Below, piece after piece: positions 34,001 to 43,231 of a stretch of 64,000 bases of DNA (position 1 is the first letter of the stretch; each line of letters begins with the position of its first letter). A program made the position numbers and the translations under genes. Origin of the DNA: an uncultured Planctomycetaceae bacterium (lineage in GTDB: Bacteria > Planctomycetota > Planctomycetia > Planctomycetales > Planctomycetaceae); NCBI GenBank assembly GCA_963813715.1, contig CAWFAK010000016.1:160001-224000 (forward strand), in the 5' to 3' direction. The notes beneath the pieces were generated by a model that was given only the letters and a program-made list of their open reading frames with translations, was not told the DNA's origin and ran no database searches.

Positions 34001-35125
34001 GCGGCGCTCCACGTCGGCGAGCAGGGCCGGAAACTTCTGTTCGGCTTCGGCCAGGCGAAAGGCTTTTCTGGACTCGGCATCTTCCAGACGTTGCGCCGAT
34101 TTGCTTTCGAGATTGGTCAGCGCACGCTCGCGTTGGGCGGCGACCTCGGCCTGCCGCCGCTCGTATTGCTTCTTGCGCTCCTGCAACTCGGCCTTGGCGA
34201 ACTCGCCCCAGCGACGGTGGGCCGCTTTCAGGTCGGCGGAGGCCTGCTCCAACTGCTCGAAGACAGGGCCGCTCTTCGAGCGGGACATACCGAAGAGGAT
34301 CGAAAGCACGATCAGCACGACCACGGCGGACACCCCGGCGGCCGCAATCTGCCACGTGGTCTGGTTGTTGAGCGCGTCGATCTTGAACATGGTGCGATCG
34401 ACGAAGAGCAGCATCGGCGCAAAGATCGCCAGCCAGACGAAGAGAAAGAGCAGCATCGGCCACCAGCCGCTGAAGAGGCGGGGCAGCGTTTGGCGGCGGA
34501 GGGTCGCCTGGGCGGTCTGGATGGCCGTGGACGCCGCTTGAAACTGGTCCTCGGCCTCCTGGAGATCCTCGGGCTTGCCGACCGCTTCGATTTCTCCCTC
34601 GCCCTGCCACTGGCGACGGTCCTGCATCAGCTCGGTCGTTGCCTTGACGGCCTCGTCCATCTCCCGGCGTTGCTGCGTCAGGCGGTCTTTGGTGCCAGTC
34701 AAGCGTTTCTTGAACGTCTCGTACTGGTATCGCGGGCTATCGTGAGCGTTGTCGTCGAGGACCGAAGTCACCATCCAGCTGGCGTCGGCCTTTTCCTTGT
34801 CGGCGGCCTCTTGCTCGTTGCCGCATTCCAACTCGATCTCGCGCAGCTCGGCCTGCTGCTGCGTGCGGATGGCGTTTTCTTCCTGCTCGAACTGCAGCAC
34901 GAGGGCGGCGCGCGACTGCTCCCACTTTTGTTGCGCTTCCTCCAGCTGCTGGTCGAACTGTGAGCCGATCTTTTTGAGGTGCTTTTGCAGCTCGTATTCG
35001 GGATCGTCGAAGCTGCTGGTGAACTCGGCCGTGACTTCTTGTTCGGCCGCGGCGCGCTCCTTTGCTGACGCCAGCAGAGCTTCCAACTCGCTTTTCATCG
35101 GAGCGGCAGCGGCCAGTTCCGCCAT
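31028..35125 (-). CDS. Membrane-anchored FtsK/SpoIIIE-family ATPase, EccC/EssC-like
   Basis: Coiled coil, two TM helices, coiled coil, degenerate ATPase-like domain, intact domain (GKTGSGKS, DFKKG, LIIDEFQ, QGRAFGMH), second degenerate domain. Confidence 0.9.
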   Translation of the reverse strand: MAELAAAAPMKSELEALLASAKERAAAEQEVTAEFTSSFDDPEYELQKHLKKIGSQFDQQLEEAQQKWEQSRAALVLQFEQEENAIRTQQQAELREIELECGNEQEAADKEKADASWMVTSVLDDNAHDSPRYQYETFKKRLTGTKDRLTQQRREMDEAVKATTELMQDRRQWQGEGEIEAVGKPEDLQEAEDQFQAASTAIQTAQATLRRQTLPRLFSGWWPMLLFLFVWLAIFAPMLLFVDRTMFKIDALNNQTTWQIAAAGVSAVVVLIVLSILFGMSRSKSGPVFEQLEQASADLKAAHRRWGEFAKAELQERKKQYERRQAEVAAQRERALTNLESKSAQRLEDAESRKAFRLAEAEQKFPALLADVERRREAALGALDDDFGKKKGEVTGGRRMTQESARRKTSEQTSQRRAREAEARGALAEKWRGATSKFFQMAAERREECDQTSPHWNKFLEADWKLPTEVRVPIRVGSYEVDFAKIPDGLSEDPALKPDPARIAVPFVLPFPGHASMLWECQGEGRDVAVEGIKSVMLRLLTSLPGGKIRFTMIDGADRGQALSVFSHLADYDELIITKRIWTEKHDIEEKLTELSEHMENVFQAYLRNEYETIEEYNEQAGEVAEPYRFLVVANFPSGFSDGAAQRLLSIARSGPKCGVYTLLSMDSRQAMPHGFEKSDLEATATTFDWAGGRFVLRDPVLAHFPVRMETPPRANDFAEIVRKSGMLSKDARRVEVAFERIVPKNGQLWHQDSRAGVDIPLGRAGATKLQHLNLGSGTSQHVMIAGKTGSGKSSLLHTLIVNIGLHYAPDEMQFYLVDFKKGVEFKTYASHAMPHARIIGIESDREFGISVLERLDGILKERGELFRKVGVQDIKGFRNAEPDKKLPRILLIIDEFQEFFVEDDQLSQAANLLLDRLVRQGRAFGMHVLLGSQTLGGAYSLARSTLGQIGVRIALQCSESDAHLILSEENGAARLLTRPGEAIYNDSNGLTEGNHPFQIAWLPDERRDHFLGIIQERTEEKQFRIDPAIVFEGNLASDPRDNQSIGEAIDRFSTLFNGEARRRESLSLWLGEAVSIKPPTRIGITQRPGDNMMIIGQDAPASQGMMMVALITLAAQIKPAGPDDPSPAQFFVLDGDANDADDGTRWKQIVEQLPHRIVRAGQKEAAATVAMIAAEVARRKEETGKDQPPIFVFLSNYSRFRDLRNEQDEFGFGRTDDSRGPQAGAQLADIFKDGPGLNVHSIVWCDTYSNLTRWITQSTLREFEVRIGFQMNSADSSSLIDSPAASRLGGHRALLYLRELGTTEKLRPYAVPSAEWVSKVATTFRHASPPSPPAAARPAPASVREPEPPPMTGDDNPFDAEPSV

Positions 35126-35167
35126 CGAATTGTCACTTTCGGATCGAATGCGGGAGGAGGAGAGGAA

Positions 35168-35407
35168 TTATCGAGCGCCTTCGGGGGGGCCGCAGCCGCG
35201 GCGGGCCTGTCCCATCGTTTCGCTCAAGGGGACGGTGGCCTCGATGACCTCATTGAGCTGCTGAATGATCGGCGCGATATGCGCTTCTTCGAGGTTGCGG
35301 CTGGTTTCATCGTCCCAGTTCTGCTTCGCCTCGCGCCAAGAGCGCTCGAGGTAGTCGATTGCCCCGTGCAGCTTTGCCAACGCACCGGAGAATTGTCCGA
35401 CCGTCAT
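35168..35407 (-). CDS. Small WXG100-like helical hairpin protein (WDD)
   Basis: 79 aa, two amphipathic helices around NWDDE; ATGA overlap with the upstream gene. Confidence 0.75.
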   Translation of the reverse strand: MTVGQFSGALAKLHGAIDYLERSWREAKQNWDDETSRNLEEAHIAPIIQQLNEVIEATVPLSETMGQARRGCGPPEGAR

Positions 35408-36099
35408 GAGTCCGCCCTCGCGGCGGGTTCGGGAGTGGCCGTCTCGAGCGGCTGGCCCTCAGACGCTTCGCCGCCGGCGTTTTCGGCCGCTGCGGCCTCC
35501 GCGCTGGGCGCTTCGGCCGCCGTGGCCTCGTCGGTTTTGGCAGTCGGAGGAGCAGCGTCCAGCTCGCGCGGGGCGTCGAGATTGATTTCGACGTTGGCGT
35601 TGAGATCAGACGCGGCGCCCCGCTGGAGCTGCGCGTAGTCCTCCAGGGCGGCGATCATGCGGTCGAGCATCATCTTGATTCGCGGCAGCCCCTTGCCGAC
35701 CATCTGTTCGACGCGGCCGACGCGTGCCGTGTATTCATCGGCCGCATGATGTGCCTTGATGCTCCATTGCCGGCAGGCCTGGACCTTCTGTTGGGCCAGC
35801 TCGAGGTTCTGCTTGGCCTTGGCGAGGGCTTTCTTCTCGTCGATGCACTCGGAGCGGTGGCCGGCGACCGTGATCATCGACTTCCGCGTCAGCTGCGTGC
35901 GCGCCTCGGCCACACGATCGAAGCCCGTCCGCACCTGGTTCTGCCAGTACTGCGGACAGTCGTGATCGATCCACTGCAGAGTGCGGTTGATCTCGACGCG
36001 GAGGGTGGTGAGCGCGGCCGCGAGGTCCTCCTCGAACTGCGACACCTTCGGCCGAAACCGCTGCACGGAATCGAGCGAACGGACGTTAGCGCGGGGCAT
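35404..36099 (-). CDS. Extended WXG100-like coiled-coil protein with Ala/Glu/Pro tail
   Basis: N-terminus and LDRMIAALEDY resemble the neighbouring 90-aa WXG100-like protein. Confidence 0.75.
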   Translation of the reverse strand: MPRANVRSLDSVQRFRPKVSQFEEDLAAALTTLRVEINRTLQWIDHDCPQYWQNQVRTGFDRVAEARTQLTRKSMITVAGHRSECIDEKKALAKAKQNLELAQQKVQACRQWSIKAHHAADEYTARVGRVEQMVGKGLPRIKMMLDRMIAALEDYAQLQRGAASDLNANVEINLDAPRELDAAPPTAKTDEATAAEAPSAEAAAAENAGGEASEGQPLETATPEPAARADS

Positions 36100-36122
36100 A
36101 ACGGTTCCTCAAGGCCCATCTC

Positions 36123-36146
36123 GAGCGGAGGGTGCAACCCCCCGAG
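36123..36146 (+). repeat. Short palindromic REP-like unit, copy 3
   Basis: gagcggagggtgcaaccccccgag. Confidence 0.55.
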
Positions 36147-36229
36147 ATTTTCTTGCTCTGCTTTTTGACTTCGACAGATCTGCTTTTCCGCCGGATCAGT
36201 GAATTAAGGCGCCCAGGCTCGGTTGTGGC

Positions 36230-36502
36230 TTAGCGCTGCTGCATGTATTCCTCGATCCGCTCGGCCTTGCGGAGCAGATACGGAATATGCTGATTGTTGG
36301 CCTCGATGAAGCGGGCGATCATCTTCATGTGACCTTCGAACTCGGTGCGGAACTTGATTTGTTCCTGGTCGCGCCACGAGTTCGTCAGGTCGTTCAGCTG
36401 GTTGGCCATCGCGCTCATCCGTTCCCCCAGCTCGTTGTTGAACTTCTTCAACATCTGGGCAAACCGGCGGAGTTCGGCGGGATCGACAATGGCTTGTGGC
36501 AT
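36230..36502 (-). CDS. WXG100 (ESAT-6/EsxA-like) family protein
   Basis: 90 aa, IVDPAELRRFA start, central SWRD in place of WxG, helix-turn-helix; strong TAAGGA RBS. Confidence 0.88.
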   Translation of the reverse strand: MPQAIVDPAELRRFAQMLKKFNNELGERMSAMANQLNDLTNSWRDQEQIKFRTEFEGHMKMIARFIEANNQHIPYLLRKAERIEEYMQQR

Positions 36503-36634
36503 GTTCGTTCCTTATCAACAGAAGACGGCCCGGCTCCCTCGGCGCGAATGAGATGCGTTGGATGTGTCTGGCGAGAGACGGTCTCCGGTCGGGCAGGCGG
36601 AACCTGCTTCGTTCGTGTGAGCCCGCTCAACTCA

Positions 36635-36663
36635 ACTTTACCGCTCACCAAGGGTTGCTTCAA
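36635..36663 (-). promoter_or_regulatory. Sigma70-like promoter of the WXG100-FtsK operon
   Basis: TTGAAG-17 nt-TAAAGT on the minus strand. Confidence 0.55.
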
Positions 36664-36877
36664 GACGCCTCTCACGATCCGATTGGGGCCAAATCGCATC
36701 GCGAATGGCACCTGCCCGGGCAAAATTTGCCCAAAACGAAGCTCCAAAAAGGGGCTGTTGCCCCCTCCGACCGCAAGTTACGATGGGCCTGGGGCAGTCT
36801 TTGGGCGATGCCTCGGTCGAGCCGTCTCCGCGGGCCCGCGGTTCACGCTTACCGCCGTCTACGAAAGACCTGCGCAG

Positions 36878-37633
36878 ATGCCTCGAACGGCCGCCACGGC
36901 CTATAGTGCCGACCTGGCGTACATCCACGATGCCGGCTTTGGACACGTGGCCGCCAACGCGGCGGTCGAACTGCTCAAACGCTTGCGAAAGAGCCGGAAA
37001 CGCGACTCCCCCGGGCTGGTGATCGATGCCGGCTGTGGCAGCGGGATTCTCTCCCAGGCAGTTTCGGCGGCCGGATACCACGTGCTTGGCTTCGATTACT
37101 CCGAGTCGATGCTGGCACTCGCCCGCAAACGTGCGCCGCGGGCCGTGTTTCGCCGCGAATCGTTTGTGACGGCCGAGCTGCCGCCCTGCATCGCGATTAC
37201 GGCAATCGGCGAAGTCTTCAACTATTTGTTCGATCGGCGAAACCGGGGCAACCTGCTCCCTCGCGTGCTGCGAAAAATGTATCAGGCCCTTGAGCCCGGC
37301 GGCCTGTTGCTGTTCGATGTGGCCACTCCCGGTCGCGTTCCCGGCTCGACGCCGACGCGAGGCTTCTCCGAGGGGCCCGGTTGGACGGTGCTGTATACGG
37401 CGGAGGAGGACCGCCGCCGACTGACGCTCACCCGCACGATCACCAGCTTTTGGAAAGTGGGCGACTTCTATCGCCGTAACCGCGAAGTTCATCGGTTGCG
37501 CCTGTATCCGCGCAGCAGCGTTCTGCAGGAGCTGCGGAGCGCCGGCTTTCAGGTCCGCCCTCTCAACGGCTACAGCCGTTTCCGCTTTCCGCCCGGATGG
37601 GTGGCTTTCGCGGCGACCAAACCGCGCCGCTGA
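36878..37633 (+). CDS. Class I SAM-dependent methyltransferase
   Basis: VIDAGCGSG, LGFDYS, ALEPGGLLLFD. Confidence 0.9.
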   Translation: MPRTAATAYSADLAYIHDAGFGHVAANAAVELLKRLRKSRKRDSPGLVIDAGCGSGILSQAVSAAGYHVLGFDYSESMLALARKRAPRAVFRRESFVTAELPPCIAITAIGEVFNYLFDRRNRGNLLPRVLRKMYQALEPGGLLLFDVATPGRVPGSTPTRGFSEGPGWTVLYTAEEDRRRLTLTRTITSFWKVGDFYRRNREVHRLRLYPRSSVLQELRSAGFQVRPLNGYSRFRFPPGWVAFAATKPRR

Positions 37634-37706
37634 ACGGGACGATTCGCGTCAAAAAACGCAAGAATCGAGGCCTTGGAAACGGCCTCCGCGGTCCCTTTCC
37701 GGTGCG

Positions 37707-37735
37707 TTGAGGATGGGCCCCCGACTCCCTATAAT
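37707..37735 (+). promoter_or_regulatory. Sigma70 promoter of gyrA
   Basis: TTGAGG-17 nt-TATAAT. Confidence 0.7.
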
Positions 37736-37900
37736 TCGTCCTGGCACGGACGTCGAGATTTAGGCCTCTTTGAGCCTTTGGAAACGGGGATTCCACGCGG
37801 CCGCCGGCCGTCCGATCGCAGGGTAGCTGAAGCGGAACAAGGGTCGGCAAAATCGCTTATTCCGGGCTGGCCCGGTGCTGAGCCAACGTAACTTCTGGGA

Positions 37901-40684
37901 GTGACAGTCTTGGCCGATGACGGCGACGGCGATATCGACGAGGGGCTGACGCCCGAGGAAATCCCCACCGGCGCGGGCGATGTCTCTTCCGAGCGGATCA
38001 AGCCGCTCGACATCGAAGACGAGCTGCGCTCGAGCTATCTCAGCTACGCGATGAGCGTGATTATCAGCCGCGCTCTGCCCGACGCCCGTGACGGGCTCAA
38101 GCCCTCGCAGCGCCGCATTCTCGTCGCAATGAACGACCTGAATCTGGGCCCCGCCAGCCAGCGCGTGAAGTGCGCGAAAATCTCGGGAGACACCAGCGGT
38201 AACTACCATCCGCACGGCGAATCGGTGATCTACCCGACGCTCGTCCGCCTGGCCCAGTCGTGGATCATGCGGAACGTGCTGATCGACAAGCAGGGCAACT
38301 TCGGGTCGCTGGCCGGCCTGCCTCCCGCGGCCATGCGGTACACGGAAGCCCGCCTGTCCGCCGTGGCGTCCGAAATGCTCGACGACATCGACAGCGACAC
38401 GGTCGACTATGTCGATTCGTACGACCAGCGCAATCGCGAGCCGGTCGTGCTGCCGTCGCGGTTTCCCAACCTGCTGGTCAACGGCTCGAGCGGGATCGCG
38501 GTCGGCATGGCGACCAGCATCCCGCCGCACAATTTGAACGAAGTCGCCGACGCCGTGATTAAGGTAATCGACGACCCCGAGTGCACGATTGACGACCTGC
38601 TGGAAGTCATGCCCGGTCCCGACTTCCCCACCGGCGGCATCATTTGCGGCCGCGAAGGGATCCGGCAGGGCTATCTGACCGGCCGTTCGACGATCACGCT
38701 CCGCGCGGCCACGCATTTCGAGACCGAGAAAAATTCCGACGTGATCGTGGTCACCGAGATTCCGTATCTGGAAACGCGTGACCGACTGAAGGAAAAGCTC
38801 GAAGACCTGGTGCGGGACGACCGCATCAAGGGCATTTCCCGGATCGTCGACTTCACCGACCGCAAGACGCCCGAGTGGCAGGTGCGGTTGCACATTGTGC
38901 TCAAGCGCGATGCCGACCGCGACGTGATCCTCAACCAGCTCTTCCAGTACTCGACGCTGCAAGTCACGTTCAGCGTGATCCTGCTGGCGCTGGTGGCGAA
39001 CCGCCCGCAAACGATGTCAGTGAAGGCAATCCTGGAGGAATTCCTGCGGCACCGCGTGACGGTGATCCGCCGCCGAACGGAATTCCTGCTGGCGGAAGCT
39101 CGCAAGCGCAAGCACACGGTGGAAGGCCTGCTCATCGCCCAGAGCGAGATCGATAAGGTCATCGCCACCATTCGCTCGGCCGCGAGCCGCGCCGCTGCAA
39201 AAGACGCGCTGCAGGCGATCGACGTGCCGGCGGAGCTGGTCGCCCGCGCCCTGGGCGACATCGGCTTTAAAGACTTTCAGAGCGAAAAAGGGGTCGCGGA
39301 GATTTATCACCTCTCCGCGAATCAGTCGGAAGCCATCGTTTCGATGCAGCTGGGTTCGTTGGCCAACCTCGAGCGAGAAACGCTGCGCGGCGAGCACGCC
39401 AAGCTGCTCGAAAGCATCATCGAGTATTTGCGGCTCCTCTCCGACGAAGCCCATATCCGGGCTCTCGTGCGGCAAGAGATGCTCGAAATCAAGGAGAAGT
39501 ACGGCAACAAACGCCGCACGCAAATCTCCGAAGAAGAAACGACCGAGCTCAATCGCGACGACCTTGTGGCCGAGGAACCGATGGTCGTCACGCTGTCGCA
39601 ACGGGGTTACGTCAAGCGGACGCCGCTGAGCACGTACCAGGCCCAGCATCGGGGCGGCAAGGGCATCACGGGCGTCAAGAGCGATGAAGAGGACGACGTC
39701 AAGCACCTGTTCGTCGCCAGCACGCACGCGTATCTGCTCTTCTTTACCGATCGCGGCCGCGTGCACTGGCAGAAGGTCTACGACCTGCCTTTGCAAAGCC
39801 GGACGAGTCGCGGCCGGGCTATCGTCAACCTGCTGGCGCTGAAGGACGGCGAGGAACGGGTGACGAGTTGCCTGGCGGTCCGCGAATTCACCGACGACCG
39901 CTTCCTGATCATGGCCACCCGCAACGGCACGGTGAAAAAGACGGCCCTCTCCGCCTTCAGCCGCCCGATGAAGGGGGGCATCATCGCGATCAAGCTCGAC
40001 GAGGGGGACGAACTGATCGACGTGCTCAGCGTCTCGGGCGACGACGACGTCGTGCTCGCCACGCGCAACGGCATGTCGATCCGCTTCTCGCACCACGACG
40101 CTCGCCCGATGGGCCGGGCGACGCACGGTGTACGCGGCATCAGCCTGGGCGATCAAGACGCGGTCGCCGGCATGGTCGTTGCTGACTCCATGATGACGCT
40201 GCTTACCGTTTGCGAATTGGGCTACGGCAAACGAACGCCGTTCGGCCAGGCCGCGACTGAAGGGGAGGCAGGTGAACCGGGCGCAGCTGAAGGCGACGAG
40301 GTTGCACTCGACGCCGAAGCCGCGGCTGAGCCCGAAGACGAAACATCCGAAGCGCCGACGGGCGAGACCGAGCCGGCCGAGGGCGAGGAAGGTGAAGAAG
40401 CGGCCGCTTACTCAGGCAACCAGCGTTATCGCCGGCAGCGGCGCGGCGGCAAAGGCCTGCGCGACATTCGCACGACCGACCGCAACGGGAAAGTCGTCGA
40501 CATCGTGGCGGTGGCCGATGATGATGAAGTCATCATGATCACGGCCCGCGGCAAAATTCAGCGGGTCCGCGCCGCCGACATCAGCCAGATCGGCCGCAAC
40601 ACGCAGGGCGTGCGGATCATCCGCCTCGACGACGCGGACACGCTCGTTTCGCTGGCACGGATTCCAGCCAAGATCTCCGAATAA
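37901..40684 (+). CDS. gyrA: DNA gyrase subunit A
   Basis: [30 protein letters not shown], GyrA-box QHRGGKG, beta-pinwheel repeats. Confidence 0.98.
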   Translation: MTVLADDGDGDIDEGLTPEEIPTGAGDVSSERIKPLDIEDELRSSYLSYAMSVIISRALPDARDGLKPSQRRILVAMNDLNLGPASQRVKCAKISGDTSGNYHPHGESVIYPTLVRLAQSWIMRNVLIDKQGNFGSLAGLPPAAMRYTEARLSAVASEMLDDIDSDTVDYVDSYDQRNREPVVLPSRFPNLLVNGSSGIAVGMATSIPPHNLNEVADAVIKVIDDPECTIDDLLEVMPGPDFPTGGIICGREGIRQGYLTGRSTITLRAATHFETEKNSDVIVVTEIPYLETRDRLKEKLEDLVRDDRIKGISRIVDFTDRKTPEWQVRLHIVLKRDADRDVILNQLFQYSTLQVTFSVILLALVANRPQTMSVKAILEEFLRHRVTVIRRRTEFLLAEARKRKHTVEGLLIAQSEIDKVIATIRSAASRAAAKDALQAIDVPAELVARALGDIGFKDFQSEKGVAEIYHLSANQSEAIVSMQLGSLANLERETLRGEHAKLLESIIEYLRLLSDEAHIRALVRQEMLEIKEKYGNKRRTQISEEETTELNRDDLVAEEPMVVTLSQRGYVKRTPLSTYQAQHRGGKGITGVKSDEEDDVKHLFVASTHAYLLFFTDRGRVHWQKVYDLPLQSRTSRGRAIVNLLALKDGEERVTSCLAVREFTDDRFLIMATRNGTVKKTALSAFSRPMKGGIIAIKLDEGDELIDVLSVSGDDDVVLATRNGMSIRFSHHDARPMGRATHGVRGISLGDQDAVAGMVVADSMMTLLTVCELGYGKRTPFGQAATEGEAGEPGAAEGDEVALDAEAAAEPEDETSEAPTGETEPAEGEEGEEAAAYSGNQRYRRQRRGGKGLRDIRTTDRNGKVVDIVAVADDDEVIMITARGKIQRVRAADISQIGRNTQGVRIIRLDDADTLVSLARIPAKISE

Positions 40685-40842
40685 TCTCTCTATCCCGGAT
40701 AGACGCCGGGCTCCCTGTCCCGATAGATTCGAGAGATTGTTCGTGGGCAACTTTTGGGCCCGCGTCGCGGCAATTCCGGGCTATCCGCGCCTGTTCCACT
40801 CAGCCTCCATGCGGCTGGCCCGCAGAAAGAGATCCCGCCTTC

Positions 40843-41861
40843 ATGGCTTCCCGTTTGATTATCACCGGCGGCTGCGGGTTCATCGGCTCGAACTTCATCC
40901 GCGACCAGTTGGCCCGGTATCCCGAGCAGTCGGTGGTCAACATCGACAAGCTGACGTACGCCGGGAATCCCGAGAACCTGTCCGACGTCGAGCGCGACCC
41001 GCGGTACAAGTTCGAGCGGGGCGACATCTGCGATGCGAAATTCGTCAACTCGGTGATTGGCTCGGGGCCCGTCGACGCGGTGGTGAATTTCGCCGCCGAG
41101 AGCCACGTCGATCGCAGCATTCTCGACTCGGGCCCGTTCATTCAGACGAACGTCATCGGCACCCAGATTTTGCTCGACGCGTGCCGCAAGGCGAACGTCA
41201 AACGCTACGTGCAGGTTTCCACCGACGAAGTTTACGGCAGCCTGGGGCCGACGGGCCTCTTCACCGAAGAGACGCCGATCGCGCCCAACAGTCCGTACTC
41301 GGCCTCCAAAGCTTCCGCCGACCTGCTGGTCCGCGCCTACTGGCACACGTTTCATTTTCCGGCGGTCACCACCCGCTGCTCGAACAATTACGGGCCGTAC
41401 CAATTTCCGGAAAAGATCATTCCGCTGTTCATCGCCAACCTGTGCGAGAACAAGTCGGTTCCCGTCTATGGCAAGGGCGAGAACGTCCGCGATTGGATTC
41501 ACGTGCTCGATCATTGTCGGGGGATCGACGCGGCCCTGCGGAAGGGCGCGACGGCGAGATCTATAACTTTGGCGGCCATCAGGAAATCAAGAACATCGAT
41601 CTCACGCTCACGCTGCTGGAGCTTTTGGGGAAGCCCCAGTCGCTGATCGAATACGTGAAGGATCGGCCTGGGCACGATCTGCGTTACGCCATCGATTGCA
41701 GCAAGGCGGAGCGCGAGCTCGGCTGGAAGCCGCAGGTCGATTTTCGCAACGGCATTCGCGAGACGATCGACTGGTATCTCAGTCATGCGGAATGGGTTCG
41801 CCGTGTGCGCTCCGGCGACTATCTCAAGTATTATGAAGAGCAGTACGGCAATCGGCGGTAA
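40843..41861 (+). CDS. rfbB: dTDP-glucose 4,6-dehydratase; one frameshift near 41547
   Basis: [31 protein letters not shown]-terminus ([14 protein letters not shown]) in the shifted frame. Confidence 0.94.
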
Positions 41862-41914
41862 CACACGCTGTATCGCCTGACTGTCTTCGCGGGCCAAAAT
41901 TTGGAGCGTCGACC

Positions 41915-43220
41915 TTGAAGATCGCCATGATCGGGACCGGCTACGTCGGGCTGGTCACCGGAACCTGTTTCGCCGAGACCGGCAACGACGTCATTTGCGT
42001 CGATATCGATGCCAAGAAGATCGAAACGCTCCGCCAGGGGCAGATTCCCATCTATGAACCCGGCCTGACGGAACTGGTGCTGCGCAACGCCCGCTCGGGC
42101 CGCCTCAAGTTCACCACCGATTACAAGGAAGCCGTTCCCGCGGCGCACTGCGTGTTTATCGCTGTCGGCACGCCTCAGGGAGACGACGGGTCGGCCAACC
42201 TGACCGGTCTGTGGAAGGTCGTCGAAACGCTGGCTCCCCTCTTGGAAAAGTCGGCGATCGTGGTCATCAAGAGCACGGTGCCCGTCGGGACCAACCGGGC
42301 CGTGGCCGAGCGATTGAAGCAACTTTGCGGTCGCGACGTCGACGTGGCGTCGAACCCCGAGTTTTTGAAAGAGGGAGCGGCGATCGACGACTTCACGAAG
42401 CCCGATCGCGTGGTCGTCGGCATCGACCGCCCGCAAGCCGCCGAAGTTCTGCATGAGCTGCACAAGCCGTTTCTGCGCACCGAGCATCCGTTCCTGGTGA
42501 TGGGATTGGAAAGCGCCGAGATGACGAAGTACGTCGCCAATTGCATGCTGGCGACGAAGATCAGCTTCATCAACGAAATGGCCAACCTCTGCGACCGCGT
42601 CGGGGCCGACATCAACGAAGTCCGCCGCGGCATCGGCCACGATCAGCGGATCGGCTTTTCGTTCTTGTTCCCGGGCGTCGGATACGGCGGCTCGTGTTTC
42701 CCCAAAGACGTGCGAGCCCTGATTTCCGTCGCCCAGGCGAAATCGGTCGGCGCCGAGCATTCTGCAGGCTGTCGACCACGTGAATACGGCGCAGAAAGAC
42801 GTCCTGTTCCAAAAGATCAATCGCCACTTCGAGGGGCAACTCGCGGGTAAGCGGATCGCCATCTGGGGCCTCTCCTTCAAGCCGCGGACCGACGACATCC
42901 GCGAGGCCCCGTCACTCGTGCTGATCGATCGACTGCTCACGGCCAAAGCCACTGTCCTGGCCCACGATCCGGTCGCCCAGGAGAACGTGCAGGCGATTTA
43001 CGGCGACAAGATCACCTATTGCGCGCATCACTACGACACGCTCGACGGAGCCGACGCGCTGGCCATCGTCACCGAATGGAACGAATTCCGGAACCCGGAC
43101 TTCGCCTACCTCAAGCACAAGATGAAGCAGCCGGTGATTTTCGACGGCCGCAATCTGTACGAGCCCAAACGCATGCGTGAGCTGGGCTTCACGTACTCGG
43201 GCATCGGGCTTCATTCTTAG
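41915..43220 (+). CDS. ugd: UDP-glucose 6-dehydrogenase; one frameshift near 42751
   Basis: [44 protein letters not shown] and FDGRN in the shifted frame. Confidence 0.94.
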
Positions 43221-43231
43221 CCGCACATCGC

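Noticed and set aside
31028..35125. Chromosome-segregation FtsK or ICE coupling protein
   Set aside because: No C-terminal gamma domain, multiple tandem P-loop-like domains, WXG100-like neighbours, and no relaxase, integrase or VirB4 nearby
40843..43220. Programmed frameshifting or phase variation in rfbB/ugd (and bioA, pstS, PAP2)
   Set aside because: No slippery heptamers or long simple repeats at the breaks; the pattern fits consensus indel errors
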